Below are positions 1-8,916 of a DNA stretch of 36,883 nucleotides, piece after piece. Origin of the DNA: Candidatus Adlerbacteria bacterium. Its GTDB lineage: Bacteria; Patescibacteriota; Minisyncoccia; Phycocordibacterales; SBAW01. Both the position numbers and the translations under genes were made by a program. A model generated the notes under the pieces. The model was not told where the DNA came from. It searched no databases and saw nothing but the letters and a program-made list of their open reading frames with translations. The stretch covers positions 1 to 36,883 of the forward strand of contig JAYUDS010000026.1 in NCBI GenBank assembly GCA_043739595.1, given 5' to 3'. Numbering within the stretch: position 1 is the first letter of the stretch; each line of letters opens with the position of its first letter.

Positions 1-655
1 TGTCCATGAATGTATGCAGACGTTGTGCCACGTGCGGGTAGAAGGTAGCTGCGGCAACAATTGTCAGTACACCGAGCAAAAACAAAAGTGCAAAGTGCCA
101 GAGTTTACCGCCTGCAGCAAACAACATGCCAACAGTGGCGATACTTATTATGATGACGCCAGCCGTGTTTGGTTGCAAAAGAAGCAAGACTGCCGGTCCC
201 CCGGCTATGAATGCTAAAGGTGCTAGTCCACCGCGGATACTCCCAATATTTTTAAAGTTGGCCGAATACATGGCAGCCAAAAAAAGTACGGTTGCAAATT
301 TTAATATTTCTTCTGGTTGAAAGGAGAATTTGCCTATTACTATCCAACGTGATGCTCCTTTGAGCGAGAGTCCTATGTGCGGCACGAAAGTCAGAAGAGT
401 TAAAAAAATAGCAAACCCAAAAAAATATGGTGTGTAGGCTTTTAAAAGTTTGTAATCTGTCCGGGCAAAGACAGTAAGTAGTATCCCCCCGCATACCAAG
501 CCGAACAGTAGTTGACTGGCTGCAACAGAGGTAAAGCTTGCGCCCCCATCGCGCGCAAGTAGACCCATGGCTGCTGAGGTAAATATGAGTAGGCCAAATA
601 TAACCAACGAACAAACCGCAAGCAAAAAAGGTGTATCGATAGGTTTTGTCTTCAT
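1..655 (-). CDS. ftsW: SEDS-family peptidoglycan polymerase FtsW/RodA. The 3' end lies outside the window.
   Basis: Absent from the ORF track because it is open at the window edge. My translation from the ATG at 655 reads MKTKPIDTPFLLAVCSLVIFGLLIF...RWIVIGKFSFQPEEILKFATVLFLA... It is multi-TM and carries the SEDS 'FQPSE'-like motif. It sits directly downstream of mraY. Confidence 0.8.
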   Translation of the reverse strand, partial: MKTKPIDTPFLLAVCSLVIFGLLIFTSAAMGLLARDGGASFTSVAASQLLFGLVCGGILLTVFARTDYKLLKAYTPYFFGFAIFLTLLTFVPHIGLSLKGASRWIVIGKFSFQPEEILKFATVLFLAAMYSANFKNIGSIRGGLAPLAFIAGGPAVLLLLQPNTAGVIIISIATVGMLFAAGGKLWHFALLFLLGVLTIVAAATFYPHVAQRLHTFMD

Positions 656-667
656 GAGCGGTTGAGT

Positions 668-1723
668 TTAGAGCAGCGCAAGGGACATGCCGATGATAGC
701 GGCAAGCACACCCACTATCCAGTATCGCATAGTCACTTTGTATGGCGGCCAACCGAGTGCTTCAAAGTGGTGATGGAGCGGAGCGATACGCAATATTTTT
801 TTGCCGAGTATTTTTTTGCCGAGTATCTGTAACATGTTAGAAAAAACGGTTATAACAAGCGGGAACGCAATAACGGGAAGGACTGATACTCCTTTGCCGT
901 GGTCCAGAGTGTCAGTAAGAAACGCAATGACCACAAGACACAGGGTAAGTCCCATGGTCCCTGTTTCTGACAAATAAAACCGGGCGGGCGGAATGTTAAA
1001 CCACAAAAAAGCGAGGAGCCCTCCTGAAATAGCACCAGCGAGCGCTGCTATGTCTAATTGATTTTGGAAAAAAGCAATGCCTGCATACGCTGCAAAAATG
1101 GTGCTGAAGATTCCTCCCGCTAAGCCGTCTATGCCATCTATCACCCCGCCTGCGTAAATAAACAACGCGACAAGTACAAAAAATGGAATAAATAATATCC
1201 CCAACTCCAATGGTTGCGACAGAAATGGTAACGAAACAGACGAGACGCCAAGCTTTGTGTAAAACCAATATGCGCACAGTAACGCCGTAATAGCAACAAA
1301 CCCAAGCCGCATTCGCAACCGTAGCCCTTTCCTCCCTTGCACTTCATACAAGTCATCTAAAAAACCAACAAACGAACCTGCTAACAACGCCGCAAGCGGG
1401 ACCCATGTCTGATTGCGGCTGATAAACGAAAGTGAGTCAAATGTTGCTGGAAATATGCCAGACAAAACCGATAAAAGGCTTGCGGTTAGTATCACGCTGG
1501 CCCACACAATGACACCGCCGAACCGCGGGGTACCCACTTCGCGTACTTCGTGGAGTTTGTTAAACGTCTCAGCAGGCGTACCGTCTAAAGCAGTTTTGCC
1601 GGCTTTTGGCTTCCACATTTTATGTTTGTACAAAAAATGAGCGATAAATGGTGTAATCCCTATGCCGATAAGAAAAGAGATAGTAGCAGGCACGAATATG
1701 CGTATTGCATCAATAGTTGTCAT
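668..1723 (-). CDS. mraY: Phospho-N-acetylmuramoyl-pentapeptide transferase
   Basis: 351-aa polytopic protein with the TPxxGG-like 'GTPRFGGV' segment, 'DDLYEV', 'DGIDGLAGG' and 'APLHHHFEALGW', all typical of MraY. Confidence 0.95.
   Translation of the reverse strand: MTTIDAIRIFVPATISFLIGIGITPFIAHFLYKHKMWKPKAGKTALDGTPAETFNKLHEVREVGTPRFGGVIVWASVILTASLLSVLSGIFPATFDSLSFISRNQTWVPLAALLAGSFVGFLDDLYEVQGRKGLRLRMRLGFVAITALLCAYWFYTKLGVSSVSLPFLSQPLELGILFIPFFVLVALFIYAGGVIDGIDGLAGGIFSTIFAAYAGIAFFQNQLDIAALAGAISGGLLAFLWFNIPPARFYLSETGTMGLTLCLVVIAFLTDTLDHGKGVSVLPVIAFPLVITVFSNMLQILGKKILGKKILRIAPLHHHFEALGWPPYKVTMRYWIVGVLAAIIGMSLALL
796..825. repeat. Perfect 15-bp tandem duplication (tttttttgccgagta x2) inside mraY
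   Basis: Read directly: 796-810 equals 811-825. It is in frame and gives GKKILGKKIL just before the conserved APLHHHFE segment. Confidence 0.9.
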
Positions 1724-1733
1724 GAAAATATTA

Positions 1734-2633
1734 CTAATGTGGGTGCCGTGCGGCGTGTATTAATGTCTTTATATCTTCAAATCGGCCATCTTTAGTGGAG
1801 CCCAGCACGACCGCAACCAGCGGGTGACCAATTTCAACATCAAACACTGCTACTAAATTACCCCCCGCCAAGTCAGTAAAGCCTGTTTTTGCACCGATAA
1901 ATCCAGGGATAGAAAGAAGTGGCTCAGCGGTTGCGTGCGCTTTAATAGTGCGACCATTGTCGTCAATAGAAACGCTGTTATTTTGCGTGAGTTCAAAATA
2001 AGCGGGGTATTGCTTGTAAAATAGCGCAGCCAGCCGCGCAACATCGTATGCAGAACCGTAGGCGCCTGATGTGTCAAAGTTAACATCCAAGCCTGTGGGA
2101 TTCAGAAAATAGGTTTGCGAAAGTCCAAGTGCCTGTGCCACCTCGTTCATTTTTTGAATGTAGTGGTCTCCCAGGCTCTCTGCAGCTGCCTGCATTGCGT
2201 CATTAGAAGATGCGATAAGCCCAATGCGCAACAAATCATGAAGCGGTATGACGTCACCAACTTTAAATCCCCAATCTCCCTCTGGTAAAAGCGCATCCGG
2301 AGTAATAGTTACAAGGGTGTCAGGGCTCTTTGCTGTCAACACAATTTCTGCCGTCATGAGTTTAGTGATGGAGGCAAGTGCCCTTTGTGTGGTAGCATCT
2401 TTTGCAAAAAGAATGCGGCCGCTTGCCGGGTCAAACAGTATTGCCGACTTGGCGGTTAGTTTGGCTGGCGAGAGGTTTGGCTGAAAAGGAAATTCTGCAC
2501 CGGCGGTGAGTGTGGGTGCATCTATGCCGTGCTGGAGCATGGCGAGTGCTATGCCCCCACTAAAAGCTGCGGTCACTAAAAAAGCAGTAGTAAAAAGTGC
2601 AAGGACCGAATGTTTAACATATGGCATCTTCAT
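1734..2633 (-). CDS. D-alanyl-D-alanine carboxypeptidase (S11, low-MW PBP)
   Basis: N-terminal anchor, SxxK 'SITK', SxN 'SSND' and KTG 'KTGFT'. Its start overlaps the scpB stop in an ATGA arrangement. Confidence 0.85.
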   Translation of the reverse strand: MKMPYVKHSVLALFTTAFLVTAAFSGGIALAMLQHGIDAPTLTAGAEFPFQPNLSPAKLTAKSAILFDPASGRILFAKDATTQRALASITKLMTAEIVLTAKSPDTLVTITPDALLPEGDWGFKVGDVIPLHDLLRIGLIASSNDAMQAAAESLGDHYIQKMNEVAQALGLSQTYFLNPTGLDVNFDTSGAYGSAYDVARLAALFYKQYPAYFELTQNNSVSIDDNGRTIKAHATAEPLLSIPGFIGAKTGFTDLAGGNLVAVFDVEIGHPLVAVVLGSTKDGRFEDIKTLIHAARHPH

Positions 2634-3199
2634 GACTCGTGCGCCTCATTAGATGTTTGTGTATTGCGATACGACGCTTCAAGTTGTGAAAGTTTGCTTC
2701 GGACAGCATCAAAATCAGGCAAGTCACGGGGGTGGGTGGTCCCCATCTGGCTCAGGAGCTCTGTGGTGGCTTCGTATAAAAAAGATCGTTCATCTTTTGG
2801 GTTCTGAACTTTTCGTACGAGCCCACGGGTTGTAAGCGTACGAATGGTTTGAGAAGAATTCACGCCCCGGATAAAGTCCACTTCGGCCCTGGATAACGGT
2901 CCTCGGTACAAAATAGCGGCCAACACTTCAAGTCCGGCACGTCCTAAGTCGCGCGAGTTTTCTTCACGTCTGACACGTTCGATAAGGTCTGACACAGCTG
3001 AGGCAACGCGCAGTTCAAGCATATATCCGTCGTCGACCAACACCACCCCGCGGCCTTCGGAGTTTGTAAGTAAAGAAAGTGCCCGGCTCAGAGAATCTTC
3101 TTCAACCTGTAAAATTTTGAGCAGCTCACTACGGGACATGGGTTTGCCCAATGCAAAAAGTAGACCCTCGATACATGCAGCTAGTTCTTGGTCATTCAT
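2630..3199 (-). CDS. scpB: Segregation and condensation protein B
   Basis: 'IEGLLFALGKPMSRSEL' is an ScpB-type N-terminus. The track ORF begins at 3265 and would overlap scpA by 74 nt. The in-frame ATG at 3199 (MNDQELAACIEG...) leaves only an 8-nt overlap and fits family N-termini better. Confidence 0.85.
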   Translation of the reverse strand: MNDQELAACIEGLLFALGKPMSRSELLKILQVEEDSLSRALSLLTNSEGRGVVLVDDGYMLELRVASAVSDLIERVRREENSRDLGRAGLEVLAAILYRGPLSRAEVDFIRGVNSSQTIRTLTTRGLVRKVQNPKDERSFLYEATTELLSQMGTTHPRDLPDFDAVRSKLSQLEASYRNTQTSNEAHES

Positions 3200-3953
3200 A
3201 CGTCGGTACAGACACCGCATCAGACTGGAGTGTGATGTCTCCAAAGTGCTCATGCTGCTGTGCATTGATTATACCCTGCTTCACCAGCTCGAGTAGCGCT
3301 AGGAAGCTGACGATAACCGTGTGCTTAATTTCGTGCATGTCCCGGGTTTCCTTTTCAGAAGGTTTTTTTCCATGTCCACTAAACTCCTTAAACGAAAGCT
3401 CAAACGCATGTGAAATACGGCCGGCAAGCTGCTCTATCATATCCTCTAAAGACATAATTTTTTTGACTGCAACTTTGGGGAGTGAAAGTGCTGCTGGAAA
3501 GCCATCTATAAGTGATTGTGCAGCCACACGCAATGAAGTTAGCGAAATTGAGCTGTCGAATATAAAAAGCGGCGCAGGCTCCGGAGTATTTCCCTCATAC
3601 AAGTAAGGATTCGAAGCAGTTTTGCCCAGAGTAAGAGAAGTTTCTTTCAGTAGCTGGTATACAGCCAGTCGATATTCAAGCTCTTTAATGTCCCGAGTCT
3701 CTTCGCCCGAAATAGTAAGCGTCGGCAACAAGGACCGCGATTTTATAAGCAAAAGCGTTGCGGCAAGCGTTACAAACTCAGCGGTCTCTCCCACGGGCAT
3801 CTCGTCCATGGCATTAATGCGCGCAATATACTCGTCAGTCACCGCCGCAAGCGAAATGTCATTGATCAAAAGCTTCCTCTTTTCAATCAAATCAAGCAAA
3901 AGGTCCAACGGGCCTTCATAGACAGGAGTTTTAACAGTCGGGGCATTCTGCAT
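3192..3953 (-). CDS. scpA: Segregation and condensation protein A
   Basis: 'YEGPLDLLLDLIEKRKLLINDISLAAVTDEYI' is the ScpA signature N-terminus. The gene lies upstream of scpB. Confidence 0.9.
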   Translation of the reverse strand: MQNAPTVKTPVYEGPLDLLLDLIEKRKLLINDISLAAVTDEYIARINAMDEMPVGETAEFVTLAATLLLIKSRSLLPTLTISGEETRDIKELEYRLAVYQLLKETSLTLGKTASNPYLYEGNTPEPAPLFIFDSSISLTSLRVAAQSLIDGFPAALSLPKVAVKKIMSLEDMIEQLAGRISHAFELSFKEFSGHGKKPSEKETRDMHEIKHTVIVSFLALLELVKQGIINAQQHEHFGDITLQSDAVSVPTYE

Positions 3954-4111
3954 TAGAGTTGAGTTGCTTCGCAGAAATCAAAGTTTCAGGAGTACGCGAT
4001 TTTCCCTGCTGATGAAAATCGCTCAATCCTCGGCGCCGACGCGCCTCAGAAGCCTCCTTCAACTTTATTTCCACTTCGCTACTGCTATTTTACACTGTTT
4101 ATACTTTATTT

Positions 4112-4147
4112 GAACAAAAAGAGAGGCTGGTCAATTGACCAGCCTCT
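4112..4147 (-). terminator. Rho-independent terminator, about 160 nt downstream of pepA
   Basis: Perfect palindrome agaggctggtc-aatt-gaccagcctct (4122-4147). On the minus strand it is followed by CTTTTTGTT. Confidence 0.6.
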
Positions 4148-4306
4148 TTCTCATCTCCGCCATCAGGTGGACCATCATCGTACGAATTATCGTCGAGGCG
4201 ATCTAACTTGTGAGCCAAGAAGAAAGTGAACATAAAACTTACTAATGCTAGTGCCAGGAATTTGCAACCTAAAAGTCAATGTCTCAAAAAGGCTATAAAC
4301 ATTAAG

Positions 4307-5743
4307 CTATATTCCCTGCTCAATCAGCTTGAGAAGAAATCGGACGGGAGCCCCTGCGGCACCTTTGGCCAGGAATTCTCCCGAGGTGGCGGTCATGCGC
4401 GGCGCCATGTCTATGTGGACCCACAGACAGTCAATTTCTTTGGCAAATGCCTTCAGGAACATCCCGCCGGCTATAACTCCCCCATATCGGCTGTTGCCGT
4501 CGGTCGAGAGGTTTGGGATGTCGCCGAAGGTTGACTTGGTCATGTCCTCGTATTCCTCCCAGGCTGGGAACGGCCACATGTAGTCACCGCTTTTTTCGGC
4601 AAGCTCCATAATTTGCGGGATCATGTCTTCGTCGTTAGTCATAAAAGCAGATGCTTGTGTGCCGAGTGCTATAAGTGACGCGCCAGTGAGAGTTGCTACG
4701 TCGATAATCGCGGATGGGTTGTATTTTTTGGCATAGGTAATGCCGTCGGCTAAAATGACGCGACCCTCAGCGTCAGTGTTGAGAACTTCAATGGTTTTGC
4801 CTGACATAGACCTCAGCATGTCGCCGGGGCGAACTGCGCCATCGCCTCCAACGTTTTCAACCGCAGGAATAAGGCCAACAACGTTGGCTTTGAGTTTGAG
4901 CTTTGCTGCAAGCGCGACTGCATGTATGACGGCGGCACCTCCCGACATATCCATATGCATTTCGTACATATGTTCACCCGGTTTGATGTTGAGTCCGCCG
5001 GTGTCAAACGTGACACCCTTGCCCACCAAAATAATTGGCTTTTTGGAGAAGTCTGACTTCTCCGCTTTGGCATTCGAGCTTGGTTTACCTAGACCCCAAT
5101 ACTCAACGACTATAAACTGCGGCTCTTCGCTCGAGCCCTTGGCAATGCCCAACACTGCGCCCATACCGAGCTTTTCCATGTCCTTTCGACCCAGAACCTT
5201 AACCGTGGCTTTGGTCCCCGCTACGGCCTTTTTAGCTGCATGTGCGAGGACTTTTGGGGTCATGTCTCCGCCCGGGGTGTTCGAGAGCTCGCGGCAGGCG
5301 TTGACCTCTTGTGCTATCCAGTGGCCGCGCTTCGCACCTTCTATACCCTCTTTCGATATGCCATCCAGAGCTAAAGTCTCGACCTCTGCAAACCCTTCTT
5401 TGGGTTTGGTCTTGTACGTATTGTGTTCATAGTCGGCCATGACAAACGCGGTTGCAACAACCTCGGCAAGATCGAGGTCTGTCACCTCTTCCGGCACCAA
5501 CGCTCGTATATCCTTCCAGCCAACGTTTATCACCCGCAGCTTGTGTTGCTTGGCCGTGGCCACCACCTTGCGCATCAGCAAAATTAGCTTACGCCTGCTC
5601 AACCCTTGGTCTTTATTCGCCACTGTGAGCCCGGTCCCCACATGCAGCTCTTGGGCCACCACTTTATCCACAAACTTCGTCAACGTCCCCTCTACCAGCC
5701 TCACCGTCGTCGCACCCTTCTCTGCTGTCGGTTGGAATTTCAT
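4307..5743 (-). CDS. pepA: Leucyl aminopeptidase (M17)
   Basis: 'GKGVTFDTGGLNIKPG', 'MDMSGGAAV' and 'NTDAEGRVILAD', the M17 signature. Confidence 0.9.
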   Translation of the reverse strand: MKFQPTAEKGATTVRLVEGTLTKFVDKVVAQELHVGTGLTVANKDQGLSRRKLILLMRKVVATAKQHKLRVINVGWKDIRALVPEEVTDLDLAEVVATAFVMADYEHNTYKTKPKEGFAEVETLALDGISKEGIEGAKRGHWIAQEVNACRELSNTPGGDMTPKVLAHAAKKAVAGTKATVKVLGRKDMEKLGMGAVLGIAKGSSEEPQFIVVEYWGLGKPSSNAKAEKSDFSKKPIILVGKGVTFDTGGLNIKPGEHMYEMHMDMSGGAAVIHAVALAAKLKLKANVVGLIPAVENVGGDGAVRPGDMLRSMSGKTIEVLNTDAEGRVILADGITYAKKYNPSAIIDVATLTGASLIALGTQASAFMTNDEDMIPQIMELAEKSGDYMWPFPAWEEYEDMTKSTFGDIPNLSTDGNSRYGGVIAGGMFLKAFAKEIDCLWVHIDMAPRMTATSGEFLAKGAAGAPVRFLLKLIEQGI

Positions 5744-5751
5744 AGCTAAGA

Positions 5752-7149
5752 TTATTTTTGTATATCAAGACTTATACCCAGCTCTTTGAGTTGCTTTGGA
5801 GATACTTCTGCGGGCGCACCCATCATGAGGTCGCGGCCTTCGCCAGTTTTTGGGAAGGCAATAACTTCACGTATGTTTGGCTGATTTTCAAGCAGCATAA
5901 CGGTACGATCGATGCCCGGTGCGAATCCGCCATGTGGCGGTGCGCCATACTTGAATGCTTGAAGCATATGTCCAAACTTCTTTTCCTGCTCCTCGTCGCT
6001 TATACCAAGCAAATTAAACACTTGTTTTTGCTCAGCTGCGTCGTGGATACGGATAGAGCCAGACGAAAGCTCATAGCCATTCAGCACGAGGTCATACGAG
6101 TTGGCTCGGATAGAAAATAAATCTTCCCCTTTCATAAACTTCTCTTTGTCTTCTAGGTTAACCGAGCAGAATGGATGATGAGCTGCCTCAACCGCGCCTT
6201 CTTTGTTTTTTTCAAACATGGGGAAGTCGACTACCCAAGCGAAGGCAAGTTCGTTCGGGTCATTCTTGTCTTGGCGCAGGTCTGGCTTGTCGCTCCCGTG
6301 CTTCTCAATTGATTCGGCATAGGTGATGCGAGTGAAAGGCGTGGTCGTGATTTTTTTCTCTGGGTACAAGGTTTGCACGAGCTCAATAAACATTGCTTCG
6401 GTATATTGCAAGATGTCTTCTTGAGTTACAAACGACATTTCGAAGTCAAGTTGGGTAAACTCCGGTTGGCGGTCGCCTCTCGTGTCTTCGTCGCGCATAC
6501 AGCGGGCTATTTGGAAGTACTTCTCAAACCCGGCAACCATCAACAGTTGTTTAAATTGCTGTGGCGACTGTGGAAGCACATAGAACTTCCCTTTCTCGAG
6601 GCGTGACGGGACGATATATTCACGTGAACCCTCAGGTGTGCCACGCATCATTATGGGGGTCTCAATTTCGACAAAACCGTTTTTGTCCATATGGTCCCGA
6701 AAAAACTTCACTATTTTGTGACGCATACGAAGGGTTCGCTGCATGCGCTCAGTGCGCAAGTCTAAATAGCGGTATTTGAGACGATTCTCTTCTCCAACAT
6801 CTATCGAGTCTTGGTCAATAGGAAACGGAGGCGTCTCAGATGCATTCAAAATTTCTATACTTTTTATCTCAAGCTCGATGTCGCCGTTTAGCACACCCGC
6901 GTTTATGTTTTTCTCTGGACGTTTGTTAACTATGCCCTCTACGGCAACGACATATTCTGAGCGAATTTCTTTGGCTACAGCCATAGCCTCTGTTTCACCT
7001 GGCAGTACCACGCCCTGGACCGAGCCCGACATGTCGCGGAAGTCGAAAAAAACCATTTTGCCCTGGTCGCGACGGACCGACACCCAGCCTTTGACCAGTG
7101 CACGTTCCCCTACTTTTTTTAGCAGTTCTCCAATAAGTGTTCTATCCAT
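5752..7149 (-). CDS. aspS: Aspartyl-tRNA synthetase, bacterial-type catalytic core without the GAD insertion
   Basis: OB-fold N-terminus, 'QSPQQFKQLLMVAGFEKYFQIARCMRDEDTRGDRQPEFTQLDFEMSF', and 'GSDKPDLRQDKNDPNELAFAWVVDFPMF' joining directly to 'HHPF'. Only 465 aa. Confidence 0.9.
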   Translation of the reverse strand: MDRTLIGELLKKVGERALVKGWVSVRRDQGKMVFFDFRDMSGSVQGVVLPGETEAMAVAKEIRSEYVVAVEGIVNKRPEKNINAGVLNGDIELEIKSIEILNASETPPFPIDQDSIDVGEENRLKYRYLDLRTERMQRTLRMRHKIVKFFRDHMDKNGFVEIETPIMMRGTPEGSREYIVPSRLEKGKFYVLPQSPQQFKQLLMVAGFEKYFQIARCMRDEDTRGDRQPEFTQLDFEMSFVTQEDILQYTEAMFIELVQTLYPEKKITTTPFTRITYAESIEKHGSDKPDLRQDKNDPNELAFAWVVDFPMFEKNKEGAVEAAHHPFCSVNLEDKEKFMKGEDLFSIRANSYDLVLNGYELSSGSIRIHDAAEQKQVFNLLGISDEEQEKKFGHMLQAFKYGAPPHGGFAPGIDRTVMLLENQPNIREVIAFPKTGEGRDLMMGAPAEVSPKQLKELGISLDIQK

Positions 7150-7250
7150 AGGTATTATTTATTTTTTGCAGTAACGCTTCGTACCAATAGTTCAAAATCC
7201 TCCACCAGCAGTTCAAAAAACAAACTAACAGTGTCGAATAGATGCATACG

Positions 7251-8207
7251 TTATAGTGTAACTCCTACTTTTTGTCGAACCTCTTTCATTTTCAATGCAG
7301 CTGTCTCCCGAGCCCGATTACTCCCCTCTTCTATCACTTTCTTTACGTCTTCGTTGGTGATGCTGTTTCTCTTCTCTCGCATCGGACCGATGAACGCTTC
7401 AAGGTCTTCTATTAGTGCTTCTTTCAGAATCTTGTAACTTCCTTTGTTTGATTCATACAACTGGGCGAGTCTTTCTTCCGGATGGAGCAACTTGTGGATA
7501 GCGTAGACGTTCTCGGGGCGCTCGCCGCTGGAGTCGGTCACAATGCTCATGACTGCCTTCGCTACTTCGTCTTTGGTGCCGAACAAGGGTATGGTGTTGC
7601 CGTAGCTTTTGCTCATCTTCTTACCGTCGGTCCCTGGAACAATTGCTACTCCTTCGAGAATGATTTCTTTCGGTTCTTTAAAGGTGTCCCCAAAAGCAAG
7701 ATTAAACTTTGCTGCAACTTCGCGCGCGTACTCCACATGCTGTTTTTGGTCTTGGCCTACTGGCACTACGTCAGTGTCGTACAAAATTATGTCAGCGGCC
7801 ATAAGGACTGGGTAAGTAAAGAGCCCTACGTTTGCATCAAGACCCTTAGCTACTTTGTCTTTGTAGGCATGGCCCAACTCGAGCATAGACACGGGAACCA
7901 AGCAGTCAAAAATCCACGCTGCCTCCATGTGTTCTTGAATGCGTGACTGCTGGAAGATAACGGCCTTCTTTGGGTCCACTCCAACTGCAAGATAGTCTCG
8001 AACCGTATTAAAAATATTTGAACGTAGCTCGGTCGGGTTCTTGAGCGAAGTTAGTGCATGGTAGTCAGCTACCATGAGGAAGCTCTCATACTGCTCGTAA
8101 ATGTTTATAAACGGCTTAAGCGCGCCAAAGTAGTTTCCAATATGCAGGGCTCCACTGGACTGTAGACCGGTCAAAAGTCGTTTTTTCCCATTTTCCCCTT
8201 GTGTCAT
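7251..8207 (-). CDS. trpS: Tryptophanyl-tRNA synthetase
   Basis: Class I 'HIGN' and 'KMSKS' motifs, a TrpRS-like N-terminus 'LTGLQSSGALHIGNYFGALKPF', 318 aa. Confidence 0.92.
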   Translation of the reverse strand: MTQGENGKKRLLTGLQSSGALHIGNYFGALKPFINIYEQYESFLMVADYHALTSLKNPTELRSNIFNTVRDYLAVGVDPKKAVIFQQSRIQEHMEAAWIFDCLVPVSMLELGHAYKDKVAKGLDANVGLFTYPVLMAADIILYDTDVVPVGQDQKQHVEYAREVAAKFNLAFGDTFKEPKEIILEGVAIVPGTDGKKMSKSYGNTIPLFGTKDEVAKAVMSIVTDSSGERPENVYAIHKLLHPEERLAQLYESNKGSYKILKEALIEDLEAFIGPMREKRNSITNEDVKKVIEEGSNRARETAALKMKEVRQKVGVTL

Positions 8208-8257
8208 GATTTATTTACTATAGCAAAATACTCGTTATGTTGCAGGCTAACAGTAAC

Positions 8258-8287
8258 TTGACAAAGTGGAATATAATATTGTATAGT
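8258..8287 (+). promoter_or_regulatory. Sigma70-like promoter candidate for the 8326 gene
   Basis: TTGACA (8258-8263), an 18-nt spacer, then TATAGT (8282-8287) preceded by TG. Confidence 0.35.
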
Positions 8288-8325
8288 TTCATTTGGAAAT
8301 CTGCCCCAGGCAGGTATTGAAATCA

Positions 8326-8694
8326 ATGGAGGCTAGAATGCCGGTAGCAGTCATATTGTTGCTCTTGTTTGCTGTTCCCATTCTCATGGCTTGGGCAAGC
8401 GATGTGTTCGCTCGGTATAGTGCCTCGGCACCCAAGCCGGGACCAATGCGTTTCCGAATCTTCGGCTTGTCTACAGGACTTTGTATGTTTTACATAGTTG
8501 AAGCAGTCTGCGTCATGGGCAGCGGCTTTATTGCTGCAGTCTCAACCAAGATGGCGATCGCGGTCATTGAGTTCCCAGATGTTATCTACTTCTACCCAGC
8601 CCTGGTGGGAGGGGTGCTTAGTGGCATCGTTGCCCTGTGGACAAACCCAAAACAGAGGCAGCTTGTTGCTGCAAAAAAAGAAATGAAGGAGTAG
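8326..8694 (+). CDS. Small multi-TM membrane protein, function unknown
   Basis: Hydrophobic segments run throughout. The track start at 8293 is a TTG sitting on the predicted transcription start, so I used the in-frame ATG at 8326. The ATG at 8338 is also possible. Confidence 0.55.
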   Translation: MEARMPVAVILLLLFAVPILMAWASDVFARYSASAPKPGPMRFRIFGLSTGLCMFYIVEAVCVMGSGFIAAVSTKMAIAVIEFPDVIYFYPALVGGVLSGIVALWTNPKQRQLVAAKKEMKE

Positions 8695-8808
8695 AACATG
8701 TTTGGGTCTGAAAACTAACGGAATACTGGTTACGGACATTGGCGTTTAGGCGCTGTCCTTTCGGCTCTTCTTGGTCCAATAACAACAAGCTGAAGCTTGT
8801 GCGTAGTC

Positions 8809-8844
8809 GACCGCCCCCAACAACTCGGGGCGGTCTTTTTGTTT
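8809..8844 (+). terminator. Rho-independent terminator
   Basis: gaccgcccc-caacaactc-ggggcggtc followed by TTTTTGTTT. Confidence 0.55.
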
Positions 8845-8873
8845 GACAAATGCGAAAAAAAATGTAATATAAT
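8843..8873 (+). promoter_or_regulatory. Sigma70-like promoter candidate for the IMPase-like gene
   Basis: TTGACA (8843-8848). The -10 could be TAATAT (8865-8870, 16-nt spacer) or TATAAT (8868-8873, 19-nt spacer). Confidence 0.4.
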
Positions 8874-8916
8874 TTTGTACTCGTTCTTCATATACACATT
8901 TTTTTGGGGTTAAGAA

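Noticed and set aside
252-752. 166-aa minus-strand ORF spanning the ftsW/mraY junction
   Set aside because: It is out of frame with both real genes. It covers the mraY stop and the ftsW start. The frame starting at 655 gives a clean SEDS protein instead.
4099-4233. 44-aa minus-strand ORF (MFTFFLAHKLDRLDDNSYDDGPPDGGDEKEAGQLTSLSFCSNKV) between pepA and the terminator
   Set aside because: It reads straight through the terminator palindrome, which supplies its last third. It has no SD, and the acidic low-complexity middle looks non-coding. It is kept only as context for the spacer finding.
4740-5432. 230-aa plus-strand ORF antisense to pepA. Similar shadow ORFs occur at 23944-24522, 17509-18093, 19534-20085, 6776-7174 and 7482-7946.
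   Set aside because: All are embedded in strongly supported minus-strand genes. They have low-complexity or odd composition and no start-site context.
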